The notes: generated from the letters alone by a model not told the origin. 64,000 bases of DNA from an uncultured Planctomycetota bacterium (GCA_963737655.1 CAVTTN010000002.1:6976001-7040000); one strand, 5' to 3'; shown: positions 32,874 to 44,274, counted from the first letter of the stretch. Numbers and translations are program-made.

Positions 32874-33743
32874 ATGAGGAGCCATGCGAAGGTTGATCGC
32901 CGCCGGGTTCTGAACCTGGAGTCCCTGGAAGAGAAGGCGCTGCTCTCGACGGCCGGAACGGCGGTCGCGGCCCCTCCGGTGGCCGAGGTCCACACCCAGG
33001 TCACTCACCCCACGGCCCACGAGAAGGCCGTCGCCCGTCACGAGGCCCTGGCCGAGCGCCGGGCCCTGGCTCATCAGAAGGTCGTGGCCCGCCACCTGGC
33101 CCGCGCCGAGCACAAGGCCGCGATCGCCGCCCCGACCGCCTCGACCACCGTTGCGGCCCCGGCCCCCACGGTTGCGACCCCCGCGCCCACCGCGGCGGCC
33201 CCGGTCGCGCCGGCAGTCGCCCCGACCGTCTCTGCCTCTGATCCGAACTCACTCTACAGCCCCGGCGCGACCTATCCCAACGGCGGGACGAACGCCATAA
33301 CCCCGACGCCGACCGCCCCGGCCCCGGTCTTCTCCGACGTCTCTCTCGGCAGCATGACCGGCTCCGGCGCGGCGACGACCTCCACCTACGCCTCGACGCC
33401 CAGCTACACCACCGTGACCGCGCCGGCCGGGACGAGCGTCCCCGCCTCGTCGTCGTCCTATCCCAATCCGAACTACAGCCCCGGCTCCAGCTATCCCAAC
33501 GGCGGGACGAATTCCTTCGCCGGGACGAGCACCGGGGTCCGCTCGAGCGATCCGTCGCTCTACAGCCCCGGCGCGACCTATCCCAACGGCGGGACGAATA
33601 CTCTGACGCCGGGCTCCTCCACCAGCTCGGGATCGGGAAGCACCGCGACGACCCAGACCACCGACTCGACGCCCTCGCAAGGCGCCCCGACCCCCGGGCC
33701 GGGCATCGGCATCAACGGCGGCCCCGTGACCGGCCTCCGCTAA
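32874..33743 (+). CDS. Exported low-complexity protein with planctomycete leader and three YSPGxxYPNGGTN repeats
   Basis: MRSHAKVDRRRVLNLESLEEKALLS leader; AGGAG RBS; Ala/Pro/Thr/Ser-rich. Confidence 0.8.
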   Translation: MRSHAKVDRRRVLNLESLEEKALLSTAGTAVAAPPVAEVHTQVTHPTAHEKAVARHEALAERRALAHQKVVARHLARAEHKAAIAAPTASTTVAAPAPTVATPAPTAAAPVAPAVAPTVSASDPNSLYSPGATYPNGGTNAITPTPTAPAPVFSDVSLGSMTGSGAATTSTYASTPSYTTVTAPAGTSVPASSSSYPNPNYSPGSSYPNGGTNSFAGTSTGVRSSDPSLYSPGATYPNGGTNTLTPGSSTSSGSGSTATTQTTDSTPSQGAPTPGPGIGINGGPVTGLR

Positions 33744-33766
33744 TCGCCCCCACGGGTTGCATGCCT

Positions 33767-33825
33767 ACATCTTCGCAAGCATGGCTTCGGTCAAATCCGG
33801 ACCGAAGCCATGCTTGCGAAGATGT
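33767..33825. terminator. Perfect 26-bp hairpin between convergent genes
   Basis: ACATCTTCGCAAGCATGGCTTCGGTC - 7-nt loop - GACCGAAGCCATGCTTGCGAAGATGT. Confidence 0.6.
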
Positions 33826-33845
33826 GTGCGCATCGCCGCGGTATG

Positions 33846-36060
33846 TTACCGGGTTTCGCGAGGCTCCTTCGCCAGCCGGTCCGAGGGCGGATCGGCCGAT
33901 TTGAGCACGATCCCGGAGACGCGGAGGCTGTACGGGGTGGCGTCGCCCTCGTTCAGCTCCTGCCCGGCGTGACGGGGGGCGTCGTCGCCGTCGGAGACCA
34001 GCCGGAGCTCGCTCCGGCCTCCCGGAAGGCGGAACGGAGGGGTCGTGAACAGGGCGTATTCGTCCTTGCCCACGGTCCATCGGCCGATTTCGCGGCCGCC
34101 GTCGAGCAAGCGGACCTCCCTCCCCCGGAAGAACGCCACCGCCGCCATCGCGAAGACCAGATCGCCGCCGGAGTCCGGGTTGTACACCACGAGCCGGGCC
34201 TCCCTGGCCGCCGGTCGAGTCTCCACCTTCCGCCAGATCCCTTTTTGGAGCCATCCGGCGGTCGGCAGGATGGTCGGCCGGGTCGGCGGGGGCATGAGGT
34301 TGCGGTCATAGACCGCCGTGAACGAGTCTTCCAGGATCCGGAAAGGGCCCGAGCGCGGTCTTCAACCTCTCGAAATGGACCGGGAACCCGGCCGAGGCCC
34401 CGGGCCACTGGTGGAGGACCACGAATCGGAAGTCGTGCTCATGCAAGAACAGCCAGGTATACGACAGGAAATCGAGGCCGCCGACCACATCCACCTGCGC
34501 CTGACCGGGTTCGGGCGGATACGCCGGGTTCATCAAATAGCCGATGAACAGCGGGTTCGTCCAGGTGGCCAGGTAGTCGCCGGGCGAGTTCGTCCCCGCG
34601 CTGTAGCCCGACGACGTCTTCCCTCCGTGGATCGATTGCCAGTACCCGCAGGACGAGGGCAGCGAATGCGCCCCGGCGTAGCCGAGATGGGGCGCGTCCA
34701 GGATCGCGCCCGAGGGATCGAGTCGGCGTAACTCGGCGTAGCACGGCGGGATCGGCGGGATCGTCTCGGTTCCGAACGGCACCGAGGAGAGGTCCCAGAG
34801 CGCGACCAGGCCGAGGGCACCGATCAAGGCGGCCCGCCTCGTCCGATTCGGGACCGAATCGAGCCAGTGGCGGAGCCCGGCCGCGGCGATCACGGCCGCG
34901 AAGACCATCGCGAAAATATTGAACCGGGCCGGAACGCGCACCACCCGGAAGGGAGGAACCACGGTGCGCAGCCACGCCGCCGGGAGCGTCCCCGAATAGG
35001 AACCAATTTGCCACTTTGCGCCGAACGACAGCACGACGAGCGTCGCGAAGCCCGCCCAGAAGAAGCCCGACCTCGAGAACCTCGCCCGGAACACCCCCGC
35101 CCGATGGAGGAGCAGCCACGTGACCAGGCCGAGGTACGAATAGCACTCGCCGGAAAGCCCCGGGACGCCATGCGAGTTGATCGGCAAAATCTTGCCCAGA
35201 GGTTGCTGGCCGGTCGGCAGGAAATACGACCACCACGGCGCCCCGTACGCCTCGAACTGCGATTTCGGCCGGGCCATCGGGAACCCGTGAGTCGCCGCCC
35301 AGACCTGGCTGGAGAATAACCCCAGCAAGACCGGCCCCACGGCCAGGCAAAACAGCCCGACGGCCTTCCCTCGCGATTTCACGAACGCCAGGCGGTGCGG
35401 CTCGCCGCCGAATCGCCAGGGAACATAGAAAGCGGCCGGGATCGCCGAGAAGAGGAAATAATAAGGAGCACTCATCGCCGTGAGGACATAAAGACCGATC
35501 GCCGCGAGCAACCGTCCCCGGCTCGGGGCGTCGATCAGCCTCATCCAGGCCACGAGAAACAGCGGAAAAAAGCCGACCTGGATCATCTCCAGGTGCCCAT
35601 GAGCATGGTTCAGCACGGGAGTTCCCAGCATCCCGAGCATCCCGCCGACGACGGCGCAGGGAATGTCCCGGACGATGTACCACGCCAGGACGAACGTGCC
35701 CAACCCGGTCAGGACCAGGCTCCCGAGCCAGATCAGGTTATAGATCAGAACGTCGTTCGAGATGAAGAACGACAGAGGGACATAGACGAGGCTCTGGACG
35801 TGCATCGGCGGAAAAAAGCCGAGAGGCACGCCCACCGGATATTGCAACTCCGGGCAGAGGAACGGCGATCGGCCCTCGATCAGACAGGTCTTGTACCACC
35901 TCATGGTCCAGAGGTGGGCCAGGGCGTCGATGTGGGAGGGCAGGGCGGTCGAAAACGTGGCGACGACCGGCCACGTGGCCACGGCGACGCACAACGCATA
36001 AAGGACGGCCACGGCGGTCATCGTGATCGGGCCGGGTCGGCGGCCGGTCGGGGCGGTCAT
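33846..36060 (-). CDS. Multi-pass membrane protein, GT-C/YfhO-like glycosyltransferase candidate; frameshift near 34340
   Basis: More than 10 TM segments, HLW..W, YP.G, R.PARF, YWQSIHG...GYS; extracytoplasmic C-terminal domain in ORF 33846-34295. Confidence 0.65.
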
Positions 36061-36128
36061 CGCACGGTCCCCTCGTCCCTGAGAGAGCTCGCGAAGGCCG
36101 CGTAATGTAGAGGAAGGGTCCGGCGCGG

Positions 36129-38309
36129 TCAATCCCCGATGATGCCCGGCGGGGCGACGGTGGCGGGGCCTAGACCCGAAGGCGCCGCCGGGGGCGCGGG
36201 CAGGGAGAGATCGCCCCGGTCAACCTGTCGGGTCAGGAGCGGCGGCTGGGCGCCGGCGGGCGAAGGGGGCGGCAACAACGGGGCTTCGCCGATCCGGGGA
36301 ACTTCCATCGGCTTGACCGTCTCCCGGAACGGTGGGGCCTCGGCGACGATGGCCGGCGGAGGCGGAGCCGGAGGGGGCTCAATGAGTGCGGCCGGCGGCC
36401 GGACCGGCGCGATGGGCCGTTCGAGCGCCATCTTCGGCGCGAGGCCGACGGGGATTGGCGTGTGTCCCTGAAGCCACGGGCGGAGGGCCTCGGCGTCGCT
36501 CCGGGCGCGATCACGGGCCAGGGCGAACCGCTCGGGGGCCGACGGCCGGCTCGCCAGCTCGCCATACATCGCCTCGGCCCGAGCGAATCCGTCGGCCGCC
36601 TGGCGGAGCGACGCCTCGGCCGCCCCGGATTCGTCCCTCCCTTGCGGGTCCAGGGCCAGGAGCTTCAGCAATTCGGCGATGCGGAACTGGCTGGCGGCGA
36701 GCTCGGCCAGGAGCTCCGGATGATTGCGGTGCTCGCGCTCGAACTTCTCGAAATACTCCTTCGCCCCCAGGAGGATCTTGCGTCGGAGGGGCGCGGCGGC
36801 GGGTTCCGTCTCGGTCTCGGCGAGGTAGACGATGTGGTGGATCAAACCGCGAGTCTCCCGGAAATTGGCCTGGGCCAGCGACTTCTGACGCTCGACCTCG
36901 GCTCGCTCGCCCCGGACCACCACCGTGGCGATCGTCAGGGCGACGACCGTGGCCACCAGGAGCCCGAGGACGCCCGAAGCGGCCGTCCGGTGCCTCCGTC
37001 CCCATCGGGCGAGCTTCTCCGCGGGCGATTCGCCCCCGGCGGAGGTGGGCTCATCGGCCATCCACCGCTCGACGTCCTCGGCCAGGGCCGCCGGGGACTC
37101 GTACCGAGCCTCGGGCATCCGGCTCATCGCTTTCCGGCAGATCGCCTCCAGCGGGCGGGGAATCCACGGCGAAACCGCACGAGGCGGGGGGAAGTCGCCG
37201 TCCTGGACCTTCTGGAGGACGGCGCCGACCTCCTTGCCCTCGACGGGCGCCCGGCCGGTCAGGATGGCATAGAGCGTGGCGCCGAGGCTGTAGACGTCGC
37301 TGGTCGGCCCGATCAAGTCGATCCGCCCGGCGGCCTGCTCGGGGCTCATGTAGCCGGGCGTGCCGAGGACCGAGTTCGGCAGGGTCTCGGCCCCGTCGCC
37401 CGAGGACGCGGGTCGAAGGGTGGCTTCCAGGGGGTCGCCGTAGGACTCGGGCCGGCCCACCGCCTTCGCCAGCCCCCAATCGACGACCAGGGTCTCGCCG
37501 AACCGGCCGACCAGGACGTTGCTCGGCTTCAGGTCGCGATGCAGGACGCCCCGGGAATGCGCATACGCCACGGCGTTGCAGACGTCCAGGAACCTTCGGA
37601 GGAGTTTCCGAAGCTCGATCCGCCGATCGCCGCCCTCCCCTCGGTGGAACCGGGCGATCGCCTCCTTCAGGCTGTCTCCCTTGACGAACCTCATCGCGTA
37701 GAACGGCCGGCCGTCGTCATAACGGCCCAGGCCGTGGACCGGGACGATCCCCGGATGTTCCAGCCCTCCGGTGACCTCCGCCTCCAGGACGAACCGCCCT
37801 CGGGCCGCCGGGTCGTCGGCGAATCGGTCCTGGATCTCCTTCAGCGCGACCTCTCGGTTCAATTCGCGATCGTGGGCAAGATAGACCACGCCGAGTCCTC
37901 CTCGGGCATGGTCGCGGATCTTCCGGTATCGGTCCGACGACCGGGCCGTCGGCGAGGCGATGGTGCAGGTCCGGTCGGGGTCTTCCTCGGTCGAGCCTCC
38001 GGAATGGACCGACGTCAGGGACGCGACGAGGTCCGGGCCGTCGTCGGCCCACCGCCTCGATTGGACGGCCGCCAGGCTGGCCTCGGGGTCCCCTCCGTGG
38101 CGGGCGATGTGGCGATCGACCATCGGCTCCAGGACCGCACGATCCTCGGGGGCCAAATCGCCACGATCGACGAGGATTTCGCCCAGGGGGCACTTCTTGT
38201 CCAGGATCCAGGCGTTCATGGCGGCGATCAGGGCGTCTCGGCCCACGAAGTCCATCTGGACGGCCAGGATGCCGAGCAAGAGGTTGCGGTCGGATTCGGG
38301 GCGAGACAT
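36129..38309 (-). CDS. Ser/Thr protein kinase with TM and Pro-rich tail
   Basis: DRNLLLGILAVQMDF N-terminus; ARGGLGVVY, VALKE, HRDLKPSN, DWGLAK, GTPGYMSPEQ. Confidence 0.93.
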   Translation of the reverse strand: MSRPESDRNLLLGILAVQMDFVGRDALIAAMNAWILDKKCPLGEILVDRGDLAPEDRAVLEPMVDRHIARHGGDPEASLAAVQSRRWADDGPDLVASLTSVHSGGSTEEDPDRTCTIASPTARSSDRYRKIRDHARGGLGVVYLAHDRELNREVALKEIQDRFADDPAARGRFVLEAEVTGGLEHPGIVPVHGLGRYDDGRPFYAMRFVKGDSLKEAIARFHRGEGGDRRIELRKLLRRFLDVCNAVAYAHSRGVLHRDLKPSNVLVGRFGETLVVDWGLAKAVGRPESYGDPLEATLRPASSGDGAETLPNSVLGTPGYMSPEQAAGRIDLIGPTSDVYSLGATLYAILTGRAPVEGKEVGAVLQKVQDGDFPPPRAVSPWIPRPLEAICRKAMSRMPEARYESPAALAEDVERWMADEPTSAGGESPAEKLARWGRRHRTAASGVLGLLVATVVALTIATVVVRGERAEVERQKSLAQANFRETRGLIHHIVYLAETETEPAAAPLRRKILLGAKEYFEKFEREHRNHPELLAELAASQFRIAELLKLLALDPQGRDESGAAEASLRQAADGFARAEAMYGELASRPSAPERFALARDRARSDAEALRPWLQGHTPIPVGLAPKMALERPIAPVRPPAALIEPPPAPPPPAIVAEAPPFRETVKPMEVPRIGEAPLLPPPSPAGAQPPLLTRQVDRGDLSLPAPPAAPSGLGPATVAPPGIIGD

Positions 38310-38562
38310 CGTCGAGGGGCCTCCCGCCGTCGGGATCGAGTCGGTCGCAAAGGCCCAGAATAGCCGAATGACGGCCGGTTTTCGACGGCCCAGGGCCGGT
38401 CTGGCTTGCGACGGTCGGCGGTGCCTGGCACGCGAGATGCGAACTCGATCCTGCATCCCCAGGCGCATCGGAATGATGGTGCGAGCGTACCTGGATGGAT
38501 TTCCCGCCCCCTCGGGGGCCGAACATAGTCCGAGATGGCTTCGCATCAGGGAGAGGACCGTC

Positions 38563-39736
38563 ATGACTCGCCAGACGAACCGTCCCCGGCCGAGGGTCGA
38601 GCCGTTGGAAGGCCGAGCGATGCTTTCCGGCGCCTCGGCGGCCGTGGCCTCGACCACGCCGATCCAGGTGATCGTCGAGCAGAACCATTTTCGCCAGAGG
38701 GGCGGGACGATCGTCGAGAACTTCCGCGTCCAGGGCGGCGGCGAGGTTTACGTCGAGGACTTCTCGCAGAAGACGACCCGGGCCCGGGGGATCTCGGCCA
38801 GCACCTCGGGCGACTCGGCCTCGCAGTTCCTCGACGACGTGGCCGCCAGCGTGGCCGGAAATGCGTCCGCCTCGGCCTCCGGGCTGATCGTCCGCCATTC
38901 GGGCAATCGGACGGTCTATCGCGAGGCGATCTCGTCGGGCAACGTGATCGATCATGAAACCCTGGTCGTGACCGCAAAGGCGGGCAACCGCCATTCGATC
39001 ACCACCGGCGGGTTCACCGCGAGCGACGCCCTGAACTCGTTCGCCCAGGCGCTGGACGCCCATCGGGTCCAGGTCGCGAGTTCGAGCGGGTCGTCCTCGG
39101 GCCTGTCGGCGTCGGCGTCGGCGACCTCGGCGACGGCCTCGGGCATCCCACTGGAATATGGCTCGGGCCCGATCGGCGGAGGGGCTCGGCGTGGGGCCGA
39201 ACCCGGGGATCGGCACGTCGAGCGCGGCCTCGACGGCGACCTCGACCGTCGGCACCTCGCCGACGATCGCCGGGGCGACGGTCGGCGGCGTGCTGCCTCC
39301 GGGCACGTTCACGGGCACCTCGGTCAGCACCAGCACCGGAGGCATCGGCACCGGGACGATCAGCGCCGGGACCGGTACGCTCGGCTCGGGCACCCTGGGA
39401 GGCGGACTCCTGACCGGCACGGGCACCTCGACCTCGCCGATCGGCCAGACCGGCGGCGTGGCGGGGACCGGACCCCTGGGCACCGGCTCGACCGGAGGCG
39501 TGGTCACCTCGCCCGGGACCGCCTCGGTGACCGGCACCGGCGGGACCACGGTCGCCGGGGTCGGCGGCGACATCACCGGCAACGGCGGCAACTCGGGGCT
39601 GACCAGCGACACGTCGGGATCGAGCACGACGAGCGGTTCGACCGTCGGCCTGGCCAACTCGGGCACGACCGTCTCCAACGGCATCGCGCCCACCTCGGCC
39701 GAGTCCGGCAGCTTCGCCGCCGGCGCGCTCGGCTGA
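38563..39736 (+). CDS. Exported protein with planctomycete leader and Gly/Thr/Ser-rich tail; frameshift near 39180
   Basis: MTRQTNRPRPRVEPLEGRAMLS leader; continues into ORF 39158-39736 (GTGTISAGTGTLGSGTLGG...) across a G-run. Confidence 0.75.
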
Positions 39737-39759
39737 GCCGGCTCGGTCTCGACACTGCT

Positions 39760-39810
39760 CCGAGGGGCGGGGTCCGCCAGGGATGGGCGGCCTCGCCCCT
39801 CGGTTTCTTC
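39760..39810 (+). terminator. Probable intrinsic terminator between convergent genes
   Basis: CCGAGGGGCG...CGCCCCTCGG stem followed by TTTCTTC. Confidence 0.5.
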
Positions 39811-40839
39811 TCACCGATCGCCGACCGCGATCGTCCGGCCGAGCGGTTCGGCCAGCCTCTTGAGCGAGGCGAGCAGCGCGTCGAACTCGGCGAAATCGAG
39901 CGACTGGGCGCCGTCGGATAGTGCGTGGTCGGGGTCGGGATGGATCTCGATCAGGAGGCCGTCGGCCCCGGCGGCCAGGGCCGCGAGCGCCATCGGCGGG
40001 ACGAACGCGCGCTTGCCCGTCCCGTGGCTCGGGTCCACCAGGATCGGCAAGTGAGAGAGCGCCTTCACGGGGGGGATCACCGAGAGGTCCAGGGTGTTCC
40101 GGCTGTGGTCGGAGAACGTCCTCACGCCCCGCTCGCAGAGGATGACCTGCGAATTCCCGCCCGCGAGCACGTATTCGGCCGCCATCAGCCACTCTTCGAG
40201 CGTGGCCGACAGCCCTCTCTTGAGCAGGACCGGCTTGCGAGACTTGCCCACTCGCTTCAACAGGCTGAAATTCTGCATGTTCCGCGCGCCGATCTGGACG
40301 ATATCGGCGATTTCTTCCACGGCGTCGGCGTTCTCGGTGTCCATCAATTCGGTGACGATGCCGACGCCCGAGCGTTCCCGGGCGCGTCGGAGGATCTCCA
40401 GCCCTTCCAGGCCCATCCCCTGGAACGAATAGGGCGAGGATCGGGGCTTGAACGCCCCGGCTCGCATCAGGGGGATGCCTCGCGAGGCGAGGAAGTCGGC
40501 CGTGCGGAACACGAGTTCCTCGTTCTCGACCGAGCACGGGCCGGCGACGATCGCGAACGTCCCGGGGCCGACGACGGCCTGGGGCGTGGTCACCAGCGTG
40601 TCGTCCGCCTTCATCTCGCGGCTGGCGAGCTTGTACGGCTTGGTCACGCGGATGCATTCGGAGACACCGGGCAAGACTTCCAGGGTCCGGGCATCGATGG
40701 CCCCGGTGTTCCCGGTGATGCCGATGGCCGTCCGGGTGGGGCCCGGCATCGGATGCGGGGTCAAGCCCATCTCGCGGATCGTCGCCAGGGCGCGGGCGAT
40801 CTGATCGGGGGTCGCGTGGCTTCTCATCACGACGAGCAT
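39811..40839 (-). CDS. aroF: 3-deoxy-7-phosphoheptulonate (DAHP) synthase, type I-beta
   Basis: [54 protein letters not shown]. Confidence 0.95.
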   Translation of the reverse strand: MLVVMRSHATPDQIARALATIREMGLTPHPMPGPTRTAIGITGNTGAIDARTLEVLPGVSECIRVTKPYKLASREMKADDTLVTTPQAVVGPGTFAIVAGPCSVENEELVFRTADFLASRGIPLMRAGAFKPRSSPYSFQGMGLEGLEILRRARERSGVGIVTELMDTENADAVEEIADIVQIGARNMQNFSLLKRVGKSRKPVLLKRGLSATLEEWLMAAEYVLAGGNSQVILCERGVRTFSDHSRNTLDLSVIPPVKALSHLPILVDPSHGTGKRAFVPPMALAALAAGADGLLIEIHPDPDHALSDGAQSLDFAEFDALLASLKRLAEPLGRTIAVGDR

Positions 40840-40905
40840 GGAGGCGCCTCGATGGGGCGAGGGAATGTGCTGATGCGAGACGATGGGCGAACGACCGGCC
40901 CGGCG

Positions 40906-42293
40906 TCAATCCCCGCCGTAGGCCCCGTGCTGGCGGCGACGGTTGGAGGTGAATTCCTCGGTCGTCCCCCGGGTGACGACCTCGTACAACGTGGCCTCCT
41001 TGTCGCCGGATTTTCGGAGGATTCGGCCGAGCCTCTGGACGTGCTCGCGGACGCTCCCCGAACCCGACAGCACCACGGCCACGTTCGCCTCGGGGACGTT
41101 CACCCCCTCGTTCAGGACCCGCGAGGTGGCCACGATCGGGTATTCGCCCGAGTTGAATTTCATCAAGATGTCCCGGCGCTCCTTGGTCTTGGTCTGGTGG
41201 GTGATCACCGGGACGAGGAACTGCCGGGCGATCTTGTACACCGTGGCGTTATCGTGCGTGAAAATCAGGACGCGATCGCCGTTGTGGCGGTCGAGCAATC
41301 GCGACAGCAGGCCGATCTTCGCCGGGGCGGCCAGCGCGAGGTCTTTCTGCTCCCGGTACGCCTGATAGGCGCGCTTCCCCTCGGGAGAGCGAAACGCGGT
41401 CGAGAGGAACTGGCCCCAGGCGCCGGGCGGCGGAGGTCGATGCCGTGATCGGAGAGGAATTGTCGATACGTCTCGCGGCACGATTCGTAGCGGAGCCTCT
41501 CGGACTCGGAGAGGTTCACGTAGAGCATCTCGGTCCGATAGTCCGCGAGGTACTGGCCGCGTAGCTGGGTGATCTCGCGGCGATAGACGATCGGGCCGAT
41601 CAATCGGTCGGTCTGGACGTGGGCCATGTCGGCCCGCTCGGGGGTCGCGGTCAGCCCGAGGCGGAACGGGGCGATCGAGCAGGTCGCGGCGAGGCCGTAG
41701 GTCGGCCCCGGGAGGTGGTGGCACTCGTCAAAAATGATCAGGCCGAACTTGTTGCCGATCCGGTCCATGTTCATGTAGGCCGAGTCGTAGGTCGTGACGG
41801 TCAACGGCTTGATCTCATAATAGCCCCCGCCCAGGAGGCCGACGTCGGCGGCGAACGTGACGCTGAGCTCGTCGAACCACTGGTTCATGAGGTCGATCGT
41901 GGGCGTGACGATCAGCGAGGGACGCCCGGCGGCGTGGATGCAGAGGTTCGCCAGGTGGGTCTTGCCCGTGCCGGTGGGCAGGACGACCACGCCGAGCTTC
42001 CCGCCCGCCTCCCACGCCGCCAGCCCCTCGGTCTGGTGGGGGAACGCGGGCTTGTCGATCGCGATCTCCCACCGGACCGGCTGATACGCACGGGCGGAAT
42101 CCACGTAGGGGATCGCCTTCTTGCGCAAATCTTCGATGATGAGACGGTAGAAGATCGCCTCGGCGCGGAAGGCCGACGATCGCGGGTCGCGCCTCAGTCC
42201 GGGGAGGCCGCGCGAGTCGGTCTCCGGCAGCCCCTCGATGAGGAGAGTCCCGGCCTCGAACGAGATGCGGAGGGGTTCGGGCGGCGGGCTCAT
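40906..42293 (-). CDS. XPB/Rad25-like superfamily 2 helicase; frameshift near 41430
   Basis: VVLPTGTGKT, FDECHHL, LGLTATPER; second frame has VLNEGVNVP, QRLGRILR. Confidence 0.9.
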
Positions 42294-42940
42294 GAGGCGT
42301 CCGGCTCGGGGTCAAGATACGAGAAGTCGAGCCAGTCGAAGAGCTCGGAGGCCGGCAGGCGGAAGCCGGGGAGGACGGGGTCGCCGACGATCTCGCCGTC
42401 TTTCGGCAGCGTCTCCGGCGCCGAGCCGGGCCGGTAGGCCTCGACGGTCTGGCGATAGGGATGGATCAGGAGGCCGAGGCCGGCCCCGTGAGCGATCGAG
42501 TGCGCGAGCTTATCGCGAGATCTTTTCACCCGACGATCGGGCGAGATGACCTCGACGTGGATGTCGGGAGGGATCGGCGTCTCCTCCGCCGGGTGACCGC
42601 GGTCGTCCAGGAGAATGTTCTTCCGGAGGAGGAAGGCCACGTCCGGCAAGATCGAGCGGCCCGCGAAGGTGCACCGAAGCTCCACGAACGCCCGCCCGAG
42701 CTTCCGGGGGCGGGCGAAGGCATTCCAGGCCTGACATAATTCCAACTGGAGGGTGCTGTGATACTTCTGGGCGGCCACCTTCGCCACCACCTTCCCGTCG
42801 ATGAATTCCAGGCCCGGCGGCTCATCGATGCCCGGCATCCGGAGGAAATCCTCCAGGGTCCGGGCCGATCGTGTTCGCGGAGAAGTGGACATCGATTCGT
42901 CCCCGATCCTCGTCTCGCCCGTCGTCGATACCGCCATCAT
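42290..42940 (-). CDS. Uma2 (DUF820) family PD-(D/E)XK endonuclease-like protein
   Basis: LEFIDGKV, HSTLQ, PDVAF, PDIHVEVISP, VLPGFRL; ATGA overlap with the helicase start; start may be 42892. Confidence 0.9.
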   Translation of the reverse strand: MMAVSTTGETRIGDESMSTSPRTRSARTLEDFLRMPGIDEPPGLEFIDGKVVAKVAAQKYHSTLQLELCQAWNAFARPRKLGRAFVELRCTFAGRSILPDVAFLLRKNILLDDRGHPAEETPIPPDIHVEVISPDRRVKRSRDKLAHSIAHGAGLGLLIHPYRQTVEAYRPGSAPETLPKDGEIVGDPVLPGFRLPASELFDWLDFSYLDPEPDAS

Positions 42941-42946
42941 ACGCGA

Positions 42947-44169
42947 TCAAAGCCCCCCGACGAACCCATCCAGGAGGCTCGCCATCTCCTGGGCGTTGGG
43001 GATCTCCTTGAACCGGAGGACCGGCCCGGAGAGCTCGCCGAGTGCCTCCTCATCCACCTTCAGCCGCTCCGAGATCGCGAGCAGGTAGCGAGGCGGCCCG
43101 TGTTTGGGGAGGAGCTTCATCAGGCGTTCCAGGCTCGATTTCTTCCAGAAGCCGAGGACCTCGACGAGGACGTCGGTGCCGGTTTTCGTGTGGACGAACT
43201 TGTAATCGGGCACCCAGACGCCCTCCCGGCCGAGCTCGACCACGTCGGGGGCCTCGGAGACCTCCCATCGCGGGGCGACCTGGCGGAACCGCTCGACGAA
43301 CGCGGCCAGCTCCGGCGGGGTGTAGGTGCCCGAGTCGGCATAGTGCGAGACCAGGCCGTCGGACGCTTCGAGGTGGAAGGTTCGGGGTTCTCGCCTCGGG
43401 CCCCACTGGAGTTCGGCGTCGAGCCGGAATTCCTGGCAGAGGAGCAACGCCGGGAGGAACAGGGCCATCTGGAGGCCGTATTTCGTGGTCGAGGAGAACA
43501 GGCTCAGCGGTCCGTCGATGTGGAACGCGTAGCCGTCGGCCAGGGGCTCGATCCGGTGCAACAGGCGGTGGAACTTGAGCCACCGGAACAATTGCCGATA
43601 GCGCGCCGGCTTCTCGCGGCGGACCTCGGCCGAGACCAGGACCGATCGGAGCAGGACCGCCTGGGCCAGCGCCACGTTGTAGCGATCGACGAGCCTCAAG
43701 GCGCTCAGGTCGTCGAACGTGAGCATCCTGGCCTCGTCCTTGAGGTCGGCGAACAGGCCGGCGGCGACCTGATCGGGGGCGATCCCGAGCTCGTCGGCCA
43801 CCTGCTTCAAGATCGCGTCGCGGGGGAAGGTGCCGCGGCGGTCCTCGGCCCCCAGCGCCTCCTCTCGGCGGAGGCCGCGGCGAAGACCTTTTCGCGGATC
43901 GTTTCGGGAGGGACCTCGGAGACCATCTCGAACTCGGCGCGGTCTTCCAGGACCTTGGCCAGCCCGCGATGGGCGAGGGTCTTCGGGTCGTCGCCGAGGA
44001 GGGCGTCGATCTCCGATTCGATCTCGCCCCGGGTCATCCCCACGCCTTCGCGGAAGATCAGCAGGAGGCTCTCGGCGGCCTCCAGCCACATCTCGTTGTC
44101 GCGGTCGAGGTAGAGCGGGATCACCCTGGCCTTGGAGGTGCGGACGCGGACGAGGTTGCCGGTGAGCAT
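42947..44169 (-). CDS. DUF790 family nuclease (Bax1-like); frameshift near 43830
   Basis: MLTGNLVRVR N-terminus; LFADL, RYNVALAQAVL, IDGPLSLF..TTKYG, VPDYKF, VEVLGFW. Confidence 0.88.
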
Positions 44170-44274
44170 GGCGAGGGCGGCCCGTCGGGAGGCATCGGTC
44201 GGTTCGGCGTCGATCCCGAAGGCCATTCTACCCCGAAAAGCCCCGCCGGGACGACCCCCGAGGCGGACGGGCGT

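Noticed and set aside
33252..33598. 41-bp direct repeats as a CRISPR or DGR template/variable pair
   Set aside because: In-frame coding repeats with irregular spacing; differences are not adenine-specific and there is no reverse transcriptase
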